DNA from: Candidatus Magasanikiibacteriota bacterium
GTDB taxonomy: Bacteria; Patescibacteriota; Patescibacteriia; Magasanikbacterales; GWA2-37-8
Reading direction: 5' to 3'
Assembly (NCBI GenBank): GCA_016182085.1
Contig: JACOYB010000006.1
Location: 2,015-66,014, forward strand
Length of the DNA stretch: 64,000 nt
This document shows, piece by piece, positions 21,022-30,061 of the stretch. Position 1 is the stretch's first letter, and each line of letters starts with the position of its first letter. Position numbers and translations under genes: made by a program. The notes under the pieces were generated by a model that ran no database searches, was not told where the DNA came from, and worked only from the letters and a program-made list of their open reading frames with translations.

Positions 21022-21909
21022 ATGTCAGTATATAACATTTTAACTACTCCGGCTGGAAAAGATTATGAACTCCTCGACAGTGGCGAAGGAGAAAAATTGG
21101 AACGTTACGGAGATGTGGTGATAGCCCGGCCGGATCCACAGGCTTTGTGGAATAAAAATTTATCCGAATCAGAATGGCAAAAAGGGGATGCCTACTTTAA
21201 ACGCGCCAGCTTTGACGCTAATTGGAGTGTGCGCAATGATTTACCGGAACGTTGGCCCGTAGAACTGGGAGGTCTTAAATTTTGGATTAAACTGTCGGCC
21301 TTTAAACATACCGGCGTATTTCCAGAGCAAGTTGGTAATTGGGATTGGATTAGAGAAAAAATTACTAAAGCTAAGCGAGCGGAGCCTGTTAAAATGTTAA
21401 ACTTGTTTGGCTATACCGGTGGTGCCACGCTGGCAGCGGCTCAAGCCGGGGCCGAGGTAGTGCATGTAGATGGTTCCAAAGTAGCGATTGGTTGGGCTAG
21501 AGATAATGCGGAGTTATCGGGCCTTGCCGAAAAGCCAGTGCGATGGATACTAGATGATGCCCAAAAATTTGTAACCAGAGAGATTAAACGCGGCAAGAAA
21601 TATGATGGTATTATTATGGATCCGCCGGCCTTTGGTCATGGTGCCGAAGGTGAAGTCTGGAAAATCGAACTAGATTTATTGCCACTACTAGAATCTTGCA
21701 AGCAAATACTTACCGATAAGCCTTTGTTTTTTATTATTAATGGCTATGCCTCTGGTTATTCGGCTGTAGCTTATCAAAATAGCCTTGGAGATTTAATGAA
21801 ACAATTTGGTGGCCAGATAGAAATCGGGGAATTAACTATAGCTGAATCAAAAAGCCAAAGACTCTTGCCGGCCGGTATTTTTGCCCGCTGGTCAGCAAAT
21901 CCCCTCTAA
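21022..21909 (+). CDS. Class I SAM-dependent methyltransferase (RlmI/RlmK-related)
   Basis: YELLDSG.GEKLER, FKHTGVFPEQ, LNLFGYTGG, IIMDPPAFG. Confidence 0.9.
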   Translation: MSVYNILTTPAGKDYELLDSGEGEKLERYGDVVIARPDPQALWNKNLSESEWQKGDAYFKRASFDANWSVRNDLPERWPVELGGLKFWIKLSAFKHTGVFPEQVGNWDWIREKITKAKRAEPVKMLNLFGYTGGATLAAAQAGAEVVHVDGSKVAIGWARDNAELSGLAEKPVRWILDDAQKFVTREIKRGKKYDGIIMDPPAFGHGAEGEVWKIELDLLPLLESCKQILTDKPLFFIINGYASGYSAVAYQNSLGDLMKQFGGQIEIGELTIAESKSQRLLPAGIFARWSANPL

Positions 21910-21941
21910 AAAGAGGGGAATACAAACGCTATAATGAAGTT

Positions 21942-22607
21942 ATGATAAAAATTTTATACGAAGACAATCACCTGATAGCTGTATACAAACCGGCCGGAGT
22001 TTTGGTGCAAGGCGACAAGAGTGGTGATAAGTGTTTGATGGACGAAGTCAAAGAATATTTAAAAGATAAATATAATAAACCAGGAAATGTTTTTCTCGGT
22101 TTAGTTCACCGGTTGGATAGAAATGTGCAAGGAATAGTTCTGTTTGCTAAAACTAGCAAAGGCGCCAGCCGTTTGTCGGAACAGTGGCGAGAACATACTG
22201 TAGAAAAAATTTACCATGCAGTAGTGGTCGGCGTTCCACCGATGGAAAAAGATAGATTAGTTCATTGGCTCATAAAAGATGAAAATAAGAACAAGACTAC
22301 TGTTTATGATCACCAGATTACGGGCAGCCAGCCGGCAGAATTATTTTATGAAGTTATCAAGTCAAATAAAAAATATTCTTTGTTAAAAATTAAGCTTGGT
22401 ACGGGTCGGTCACATCAGATTAGATCTCAGCTGGCCTTTATTGGCAGCCCTATTATGGGGGATGTTAAGTATGGCAACGCGGAAGTTTTGCCAGGCCAGG
22501 CTATTGCGCTAGCTGCGACTTCTCTTGGTTTTAATTTGGCTACTGGCGCAGAGAGAAAAATTATAGAAGTTTCTACGCCAAAAGAATGGGCAAAATATTA
22601 TGTCTGA
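21942..22607 (+). CDS. RluA-family RNA pseudouridine synthase
   Basis: ILYEDNHLIAVYKPAG, VHRLDR, TGRSHQIR, PIMGDVKYG. Confidence 0.95.
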   Translation: MIKILYEDNHLIAVYKPAGVLVQGDKSGDKCLMDEVKEYLKDKYNKPGNVFLGLVHRLDRNVQGIVLFAKTSKGASRLSEQWREHTVEKIYHAVVVGVPPMEKDRLVHWLIKDENKNKTTVYDHQITGSQPAELFYEVIKSNKKYSLLKIKLGTGRSHQIRSQLAFIGSPIMGDVKYGNAEVLPGQAIALAATSLGFNLATGAERKIIEVSTPKEWAKYYV

Positions 22608-23862
22608 AAAAATTCTTGATTTGCATATCCACTCTCGCTATTCGCGCGCTTGTTCACGTGATTTAGAATTGCCAAAAATTGCTCTGGCTTGCGAGCGGAA
22701 GGGTATAGATATTGTAGTTACCGGCGACTTTACTCATCCGGCTTGGGTGCAACATATTAAAGAAAATTTGGCAGAAGAAAGACAAGGGGTATACAAATTA
22801 AAAGATAATAGTAGTGTTACCCGGTTTATTCTAGGCACGGAGATTTCTTGTATTTACAAGCACAAAGATGCCACCCGCCGCGTGCACTTGTTGATTTTGG
22901 CGCCGTCTATAGAATCCGTAGAAAAATTTAACGCTGTTTTGGAAGAAAAAGGGGTAAATATCCGTTCGGACGGACGGCCAATTATGGGTCTTTCAGCCAA
23001 GGATGTGCTGCGGATAATGTTGGATATCGACCCCCGTTTTATGATGATTCCGGCCCATGCCTGGACACCCTGGTTTGCCATATTTGGCTCCAAATCCGGG
23101 TATGACCTAATAGAGGATTGTTTTGAAGAGTTAACACCGCATATTACCGCCATAGAGACCGGCCTTTCCAGCGATCCGGTTATGAACCATCGCTTGTCGG
23201 CGCTAGACAAAATTACGCTTGTTTCCAATTCAGACGCGCATAGTTTGAATAATTTGGGCCGTGAAGCCAATGTATTTAATCTTGGCAATGATTTTACTTA
23301 TGATGAAATTATAAAAGTAATAAAAACCGGCGATAGGAAAAAATTTTTGTATACAGTTGAATTTTATCCCGAAGAAGGCAAATATCATCATGATGGCCAT
23401 GCGTCTTGCGGTGTGTGTCTTACGCCCCAAGAAACTAAGGCAAAAAAATTTTTATGTCCAAAATGTAAAAAACAAGTAACGGTCGGTGTTTTGCACCGTG
23501 TGGAAGATTTGGCCGACAGATCCGAAGACCAAATCATCAAAGAAAATTTTATTCCGCACAGATATATCGTGCCGCTTAAAGAAATTATTGCAAAGGTACT
23601 GGCTGTAGGCGTATCTAGCAAGAAAGTGATCGCAGAATACGAAATGATGATTAAAAAATTAGGCAGTGAATTTAGAATTTTACTTTACTGCGGCATAGAA
23701 GAAATTGAAAAACAAGTTTCTCATAAAGATATCGCTTTGGCTATAGCCAACATGCGCGCCGGCAAGGTAAAAGTAAGGCCCGGGTATGACGGTATTTTTG
23801 GCTCAGTAGAGGTAATTCCGCCCAAAACAAAGCCAGGCGACAAACAAAGTAGATTATTGTAA
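22600..23862 (+). CDS. Endonuclease Q family (PHP + Zn ribbon) protein
   Basis: DLHIHSRYS, PAHAWTPW, ETGLSSD, SNSDAHS, GKYH..GH..C..C/CPKC, PGYDG. Confidence 0.9.
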   Translation: MSEKILDLHIHSRYSRACSRDLELPKIALACERKGIDIVVTGDFTHPAWVQHIKENLAEERQGVYKLKDNSSVTRFILGTEISCIYKHKDATRRVHLLILAPSIESVEKFNAVLEEKGVNIRSDGRPIMGLSAKDVLRIMLDIDPRFMMIPAHAWTPWFAIFGSKSGYDLIEDCFEELTPHITAIETGLSSDPVMNHRLSALDKITLVSNSDAHSLNNLGREANVFNLGNDFTYDEIIKVIKTGDRKKFLYTVEFYPEEGKYHHDGHASCGVCLTPQETKAKKFLCPKCKKQVTVGVLHRVEDLADRSEDQIIKENFIPHRYIVPLKEIIAKVLAVGVSSKKVIAEYEMMIKKLGSEFRILLYCGIEEIEKQVSHKDIALAIANMRAGKVKVRPGYDGIFGSVEVIPPKTKPGDKQSRLL

Positions 23863-23920
23863 GAAAAAAATATTAAGCGCTGGGCTTCAGCGGACGTTGC
23901 CCGGCATGGTTCCGTTGAAT

Positions 23921-23950
23921 TAAAAATCTCTCCTTGCGGAGAGATTTTTA
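23921..23950. terminator. Bidirectional terminator-like hairpin
   Basis: TAAAAATCTCTCC-TTGC-GGAGAGATTTTTA. Confidence 0.7.
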
Positions 23951-23957
23951 TGAAGAT

Positions 23958-24020
23958 TTATCTAGCTTTCTTCTTAGCGGTTTTCTTTTTAGCTTTCTTA
24001 GCTTTCTTTTTTGCTGCCAT
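23958..24020 (-). CDS. 20-aa Lys/Ala-rich basic peptide MAAKKKAKKAKKKTAKKKAR (not in ORF track)
   Basis: Perfect SD AGAGGAGGTG upstream, ATG..TAA, terminator directly downstream. Confidence 0.72.
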   Translation of the reverse strand: MAAKKKAKKAKKKTAKKKAR

Positions 24021-24596
24021 ATGTGGGCACCTCCTCTCTTATTTCCGATAATTCATGCCGCAAACGCAGCTGTATCATCGGAATTAAATTTTTATTTAAG
24101 TTTTTTCTACTCGCGAGGAAAGAAAAAACTTAATGAAGAAACTTTTACAAGACAAGCATTGCTGTAAAAATTTTTCTCGACATATTTATTATAAAGTGTT
24201 TTTTTTAAATTGTGAATAGTAAAAGCAAAAGTTATGCACAGGGCAGTCAATATTAAATTTTAATTTAAAAATTAATTTCAACACACTAACCGCGAAAATT
24301 TTAGGAAAGATTAGTTAGAAGAAAAAATAATTAAACATAATTTTTTATAAACCAAAAACTCCAAATATTTATAATCAAAAATTTTGTGAGGGTGCTTAGT
24401 TTAAATGAAAATATTTATAAAACAAAAATATCCCGATTTGCTCCGGATATCTTTGTTGACAAGGCTCGGTGTGAGTGGCCATTCAACAAGTCGAGCCTTA
24501 GCCCTGTTGAATGGTTGTCCGGAATTGGACGCGATCAAGAAGAGGTTTTAACCAAGTGCCAGATCCGTCTGGTGACGGGTAAGGCAATAGCCCCGG

Positions 24597-24701
24597 TTAC
24601 AAGACCGAATCCCTGATCGCAACGGCCGCCTTCCAAACGGCCATAGTGATGGCTGCCGCCATCAGCAAGAGCAACTTCCCCCGTAGCTTGCTTCTTGACA
24701 T
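24597..24701 (-). CDS. 34-aa hydrophobic peptide MSRSKLRGKLLLLMAAAITMAVWKAAVAIRDSVL (not in ORF track)
   Basis: GGGGGA SD; TTGACG-17-TACTAT promoter at ~24730-24758 on minus strand. Confidence 0.5.
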   Translation of the reverse strand: MSRSKLRGKLLLLMAAAITMAVWKAAVAIRDSVL

Positions 24702-24857
24702 GAAATAGTCCCCCCATGGACTAATTAAAATAGTATGCCTGTTTTAAGTAGTCGTCAACTTTATTTTTATAAGCAAAAGTGGATAAATTCTAGATAAAGT
24801 AGATTCTTCCAGCAACCAAATTTAAAAAGACTCACACTCGTGAGTCTTTTTAAATTG

Positions 24858-24929
24858 TGCCCCCAGAGAGAATCGAACTCCCATCTTCAGGTTCGAAGCC
24901 TGACATTCTATCCATTAAACTATAGGGGC
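24858..24929 (-). tRNA. tRNA-Arg(TCG)
   Basis: GCCCCTA..TCAGG CTTCGAA CCTGA..GTTCGATTC..TGGGGGC A. Confidence 0.93.
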
Positions 24930-24958
24930 AAAAAACCAGCCGTTACGGCTGGTTTTTG

Positions 24959-25031
24959 TGGGTCGCGTGGGGATCGAACCCACGACCTTATCCTTAAGAG
25001 GGATCTGCTCTACCAGCTGAGCTAGCGACCC
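24959..25031 (-). tRNA. tRNA-Lys(CTT)
   Basis: GGGTCGCTAGCTCAGCTGGTAGAGC..CTCTTAA..GGTTCGATCCC..GCGACCC A. Confidence 0.95.
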
Positions 25032-25051
25032 GTTGAGTTAAAATTTTGATT

Positions 25052-25813
25052 TTACGGGCTTAACTTTATTATATTTATCTTTGGTCCTTTCCAGCCCTTT
25101 ATCTTTAAAGCCGCTTCGGCTGCTTCAGTTTGGCCTTCTTGCTTACTTGTGCCTTCGCCCGTGGCTATCAAATCTTTGCCCAAGTATACACCGATCTTAA
25201 ATGATTTGATATGATCCGGACCTTCTTCATGCAATACTTTGTAGGTTGGGGTAGCGCCTTCAATTTCTTGGGCCGATTCCTGAAAGCGGCTTTTGGCATC
25301 CAAGTATAATCCATTTTCCAAAATATACGGCAATTTTGGCAAGATCCAGCGGGCAATAAATTGTTGAGCTATTTCGTAACCGCTATCCAGATATATGGAA
25401 CCGATTAATGCCTCTATGGCATTGGCCATAATATAATCCCGGGCTTTGGTGCCCGCGTCTTTGGCTTCGCCGTGGCTTAGGAATAAGTATTCTTCCATGC
25501 CAATTTCATAGGCAATACTCGCTAAGATTTTGGCATTTACAAGCGCGGCGCGCCAATTGGTAAGTTCTCCTTCAGGGTTGCCATATTCTTTATATAAAAA
25601 TTCCGTAACAATTAATTCCAACACCGCGTCTCCCAAAAATTCCAATCGTTCATTATGTCCCAGTACAAAATCATGATGTTCATTTAAATATGATCTATGC
25701 ACAAAAGCCTGCACCAGATAGTCAGGGTTATTAAAGATTATACCTAATTTTTTTTGTAAACCCGGGAAGTCCTTTTCTTTAATTTCTGCCAGGTTAAAAA
25801 TATTTGTTGACAT
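25052..25813 (-). CDS. rnc: Ribonuclease III
   Basis: HNERLEFLGDAVL signature, dsRBD; start reassigned to ATG 25813. Confidence 0.97.
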   Translation of the reverse strand: MSTNIFNLAEIKEKDFPGLQKKLGIIFNNPDYLVQAFVHRSYLNEHHDFVLGHNERLEFLGDAVLELIVTEFLYKEYGNPEGELTNWRAALVNAKILASIAYEIGMEEYLFLSHGEAKDAGTKARDYIMANAIEALIGSIYLDSGYEIAQQFIARWILPKLPYILENGLYLDAKSRFQESAQEIEGATPTYKVLHEEGPDHIKSFKIGVYLGKDLIATGEGTSKQEGQTEAAEAALKIKGWKGPKINIIKLSP

Positions 25814-25820
25814 ATTCTTT

Positions 25821-26267
25821 TTAGGAGGCCTTGGCTTCGTTTGTTGATTTGGTCTCCAAATCTTTGTATATGGCGCCAAGCACGCCATTTACAAATCTGC
25901 CCGAAGAAGGGCCGCCAAAGTTTTTAGCAAGTTCAATGGCTTCGTTTATGGCGACTTTTGGAGGCACTTCGTTATTAAGTTTAAGCTCGTAAATGCCAAT
26001 GCGAAGTACATTACGATCGATAATCGTTATTTGGTCTATGGGCCACTGCGGCGCGTATTTTTCAATAATCGCGTCTATTTCTTCCAGGTTTTTTTTCACT
26101 TCCTCAATGATTTTTTTGGCAAATTCAGTTTCCGCGAGTCCTGGGCCGAATTCTTTCAGGTCGCGTTCCATGATATCTGGCAACGCATTATGCTCTGGTT
26201 TTCCCCTAAAATCCCACTCAAATAGAGCTTGCATGGCGATGCTTCTGGCTAAGTGGCGATTAGACAT
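25821..26267 (-). CDS. nusB: Transcription antitermination factor NusB
   Basis: [38 protein letters not shown]. Confidence 0.97.
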   Translation of the reverse strand: MSNRHLARSIAMQALFEWDFRGKPEHNALPDIMERDLKEFGPGLAETEFAKKIIEEVKKNLEEIDAIIEKYAPQWPIDQITIIDRNVLRIGIYELKLNNEVPPKVAINEAIELAKNFGGPSSGRFVNGVLGAIYKDLETKSTNEAKAS

Positions 26268-26368
26268 AACCAAATGTTTTAATGATAAAATGTTACAGGT
26301 GAATAAGCCCAGTAGCTTAAAGTGAAGCGGTTTATCAATTTTATCAAGCGTAACGATTTATCAGACGA

Positions 26369-26584
26369 TTATTTAGCCTTGGTCTTTCTGCCGGAGCGAT
26401 TAGTTCTCTTGTCAACGTTAACTACGGATCTGCCTTTGTAATAACCGCAAAAAGCGCAAGCGCGGTGCGGGCGAAGTGGTTTTTTGCATTTAGGACAAGC
26501 GTTAAAAGCAGTTTCGGCGAGCGCAAAGTGCGCGGCGCGGCGGCGTTTGTGAGAAGACGTTCGTCTATGACCGGGTAAACCCAT
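26369..26584 (-). CDS. rpmF: 50S ribosomal protein L32
   Basis: TSSHKRRRAAH, CPKC..PHRACAFCGYYKGR. Confidence 0.95.
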   Translation of the reverse strand: MGLPGHRRTSSHKRRRAAHFALAETAFNACPKCKKPLRPHRACAFCGYYKGRSVVNVDKRTNRSGRKTKAK

Positions 26585-26771
26585 ATTTTCTAAGATTGAG
26601 CCAAATGAAAAAAAATGTTGTTTTTTTCATTTGCGAAGCCTAGCGGAAATTCAAGCCTCTTTGCTTCTGCGGTTGTGTAGTTATGTAAGTAATGAATACT
26701 CCATACAATACACTAAAATCATAATTTTGGCAAGGGATAGGCTAACATAGGGCAAAAAATGGCATTTTGCT

Positions 26772-26800
26772 TTGACAAAATGGCTAAAAAATGGTATACT
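26772..26800 (+). promoter_or_regulatory. sigma70 promoter
   Basis: TTGACA-17 bp-TATACT with TG extension. Confidence 0.75.
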
Positions 26801-26834
26801 ATACAAGTAAAATCTAATTTTTTAAGATAACCCT

Positions 26835-27830
26835 ATGATCGAGGGAGGATTTAACCCTGAGGCAGAGCGTTCAAGTAAAAAACCTCGGAAAAAAACCGAA
26901 GCCCCCGGCTCTACTCCTTTAGTTGACCTGACCAAACCGGATGCTTTGGACGATCTCACTGTAAGAAGAAAACGAACTCCAGAAGAACAGCAAAAGCTAA
27001 CAGAACAGATGGTGGTAGAGGATTTGCGTTTTCAAAAAAAACATCCGGAGGTTTTTGCTAAAGGGACTGAAGATTCCACCAGACCAACGCGTGTTGCCAA
27101 GGGTACAGGGAATACGAACATTAATGAGGCAAACTTAAGGGGGAATGACTATAATGAAGAAGATGAATCCTGGGACGATATAACGCAGGTAGATATTAAG
27201 CCGCTCGGACTTTCTACCAATGATGTGTTTGACAAAGAGCAGGATGTAATCCATCTGGCGGATGAAGATTTAGAAGAAATTTCCACCAGAGAAGATTTGG
27301 TAAATTTACCTCAAAAAGAATATAAAAAACTTTCCGCCCAAGAACTCAAGAAAATTCGTGAAAATAAAACCGTAGAGCTTAATGATTCTGATATAGAAGA
27401 AATTAGCGCGGATGATGTCGCGCAGCTAAATGAACATAATTTAAATAAACTTTCTAAAAAAGAAGTTCAGGCTATTGCGGCTAAAGACCTGCAAAATATT
27501 CGTGCAAAAATTTCAAAAAGTCCTGAAAAAGCGCCGGCGCCGACCTTTGAAGCTTCAACAAATCAGCGAGAAGATGCTTTAGAACTCGCGCAGTTACAAT
27601 ATGTCCAGGCATATAGAAAATATAATCCTAAACTTAAATCAAAAGAAGATGGAGAAATTTTGGAAATGAAGCCGCCAACATTAGCTTTTACAATTTTTAA
27701 CCGTGACAAAGTAAGAAAATTAGAGCGTTTATATCTAAATGTAAAGCAGGCCGAAAACAATATGGTTCAAGAGGAAAAAGCTGCGGCGGGGGTGGAAAGT
27801 TTTAGAAGGAGCGCTCGCCTTAAAAAATAA
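26835..27830 (+). CDS. Hypothetical highly charged protein
   Basis: 331-aa ORF behind a consensus promoter; shares YV.AYRKY domain with 28447..30009. Confidence 0.75.
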   Translation: MIEGGFNPEAERSSKKPRKKTEAPGSTPLVDLTKPDALDDLTVRRKRTPEEQQKLTEQMVVEDLRFQKKHPEVFAKGTEDSTRPTRVAKGTGNTNINEANLRGNDYNEEDESWDDITQVDIKPLGLSTNDVFDKEQDVIHLADEDLEEISTREDLVNLPQKEYKKLSAQELKKIRENKTVELNDSDIEEISADDVAQLNEHNLNKLSKKEVQAIAAKDLQNIRAKISKSPEKAPAPTFEASTNQREDALELAQLQYVQAYRKYNPKLKSKEDGEILEMKPPTLAFTIFNRDKVRKLERLYLNVKQAENNMVQEEKAAAGVESFRRSARLKK

Positions 27831-27860
27831 TATTTATTTAAAGTTTTTTAATCAAAATAT

Positions 27861-28436
27861 ATGCGCGGCGAAACATTTAGACCTCCAGAGCTAAGTGAAA
27901 AAGAAAAATTAAAAAAAGTACAGGATGAGTTAAACAGAGGAGAGAGCGTGGCTTTTAGAGAAAAAAAGGAAGAAGATTTTGATTTTGCTAACGGCACAGA
28001 CCCGGGTTTGTCAGAAGAAAAAACAGGTGTTTTTACAAAACCTGCTCTTAAGGCTGATCAGCCGGATATTTCCGGTATTTTGGAAGGTTTGGATAAAGCC
28101 GCGGAAATGAGCGTGGCAGAAAAAGCCGAAGAAAAGGAATGGAATCAGGCAATCAAAGCCGCAAAAGATAAAATAGCCGCGGAAGAAACAGGTTTGAGAG
28201 GAAAAATTAAAAATACCTTAAAAGCAGATGAAGAAGCAAGAAAAGCGGCCGAAGAGCAAAGATGGTTGGATAAAGAAGAAGCCGCAAAGAGAAAATTATC
28301 AATGGAAGCCCACAGCCAAGCGCAATCAGAAGAAGCGGAGTGGAATGCCGCGATTGCCAAAGCAAAAAAGAGGGATGAAAATCAATCAGCTATCGGGCGT
28401 TTAATGAAACGTTTAGGTTTTGGTAAAAATAAATAA
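27861..28436 (+). CDS. Hypothetical coiled-coil protein with repeated EE.EWN.AI..AK
   Basis: 191-aa ORF with internal repeat. Confidence 0.75.
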   Translation: MRGETFRPPELSEKEKLKKVQDELNRGESVAFREKKEEDFDFANGTDPGLSEEKTGVFTKPALKADQPDISGILEGLDKAAEMSVAEKAEEKEWNQAIKAAKDKIAAEETGLRGKIKNTLKADEEARKAAEEQRWLDKEEAAKRKLSMEAHSQAQSEEAEWNAAIAKAKKRDENQSAIGRLMKRLGFGKNK

Positions 28437-28446
28437 AAAACGCAAT

Positions 28447-30009
28447 ATGATAGAAGGATCCTCTTTAAGGTCAGAAGGGAAAAAATTCTCGTCTTCACCA
28501 GAATTTACGAGTGCTTTTGATTCTCTCGTAAAAGCCAAGCAGGAACAAACAAAAAAAGCCCAAATAGAAAAAAGCAAGTCGCCCGAAGTTGTCGCAAAAA
28601 GAAAATCTGTTTTACAAAGAGTTGACGAGCGTACTGAAAAAATTTTAGAAAAAAGAAAAAAGGTGGCCGAAGCCAGGGCTGCGATTTTAAACGCCGGTCC
28701 TTTAAAATATAAAACCGGAGAAGATATTGCCAAAGGTTTGGCAGAAGCAGGCGCAACCATAGAAAAACAGAAATCAGATCGCGGACGGGCCGAAGCTTCT
28801 CGGAAAAGAATGATAGAAAGATTTGAAAAAAGAACGGATAAATTATCCGAAGTACGCGCTTCGGGGGAAATTGAAGATACCCCGGATATTCATCGGCCAA
28901 TTCCCGAACTAAGCGCGGACTCATTAGCGGAGTTAGATGTTATACGCAATATGGGCAAGCCGGGAGAGCAGTTAACAGAAAAACAGCAGCAGGCCGGTTC
29001 CAGAGTGCCTGAAAATTACATCCCGCAGATTAGTGATAAAAAAGTAAAAAACTTCACGCAATATTTAGATATTAAGGAGCAGGAAGAAAAAATGCAATCA
29101 CGCCATGTAGGCGGCTCCAAACAAACCGCCGGTATTTCTTCGGTTGTGGAAATTGATCCTGCATATCAAAAAGAAATTGAGATGACAGAAGAGCCGGAGA
29201 TTACCATTTCTTATGAAGATACGGAGGATTTGCTGGCAGAACGGAGACATACGGTAAATGAGCAGATGGCAGAAGAGGCTCAAAAAGCTTATGTTGAGGC
29301 GTATAGAAAATATGATCAAGGTTTTACAAAAGGTAAACCGGACGATTTGGTTGCGCTTACCAAACCGTCGATATTTGCTTTTGGCGCGCAAGGAAAAAAT
29401 TTGAAGAAATTATATAAAGAAATGGAAAAATTAAGAACAATTGCCGCTCGCACGTCCGAAGATAATAAAATTGCTGGCAATTTAATTTCCAGTGAAGTTA
29501 AAAATACATTTAAAGGCCAAGTTAGCCCCGAGCTTTCCGCGGCATCCAAAGCTTCAAGCCAAGATGCCGAAGAAAAAGAGTGGTTTCTTGATCCTAAACA
29601 GGTCAAAGCTAATGCCGAAATTGATAGTTTTACAGAAGAACGTAAATTTATTCTTCCTTCATTACAAGAAATAAAGAAGGCTGCTGCAACAGTAAAGCCA
29701 GGATTTAAATCTCCTTTAGTAGAAAAATTTAAAGTTGCGGGAACTGCCCAAGAAGGCATTGATACGGTAATGAAAGAAAAAGCTTTGCAAATCGAACGGA
29801 GGTTAAGAGAGATTGAAAAGTATTTTATAGATAAAAAAATGGCAGAAAGGGAGGATGTCCGGGAATTTTTATTAGGCTCCGAAATAACAGGCTGGTTTAA
29901 GGGAAAAGAGAAACAGATGCAAAAGGATTATAGAACTCTCTATTACGACCCCGCTTTAACTGCTAAAGAGACTAATCGGTATCAAAATTCTAAATTAAAA
30001 AGGCCTTAA
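28447..30009 (+). CDS. Hypothetical highly charged protein
   Basis: Start reassigned to ATG 28447 (MIEG, as in 26835); shared YVEAYRKY domain. Confidence 0.75.
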   Translation: MIEGSSLRSEGKKFSSSPEFTSAFDSLVKAKQEQTKKAQIEKSKSPEVVAKRKSVLQRVDERTEKILEKRKKVAEARAAILNAGPLKYKTGEDIAKGLAEAGATIEKQKSDRGRAEASRKRMIERFEKRTDKLSEVRASGEIEDTPDIHRPIPELSADSLAELDVIRNMGKPGEQLTEKQQQAGSRVPENYIPQISDKKVKNFTQYLDIKEQEEKMQSRHVGGSKQTAGISSVVEIDPAYQKEIEMTEEPEITISYEDTEDLLAERRHTVNEQMAEEAQKAYVEAYRKYDQGFTKGKPDDLVALTKPSIFAFGAQGKNLKKLYKEMEKLRTIAARTSEDNKIAGNLISSEVKNTFKGQVSPELSAASKASSQDAEEKEWFLDPKQVKANAEIDSFTEERKFILPSLQEIKKAAATVKPGFKSPLVEKFKVAGTAQEGIDTVMKEKALQIERRLREIEKYFIDKKMAEREDVREFLLGSEITGWFKGKEKQMQKDYRTLYYDPALTAKETNRYQNSKLKRP

Positions 30010-30061
30010 AAATAGGGCCTTTTTGTTTGATTTTTCCATTTAGATTGGATAAGATAGGGCA

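Noticed and set aside
24425-24720. tmRNA (short ORF plus pseudoknot)
   Set aside because: No tRNA-Ala-like acceptor and T-arm ends and no Ala-ending tag peptide.
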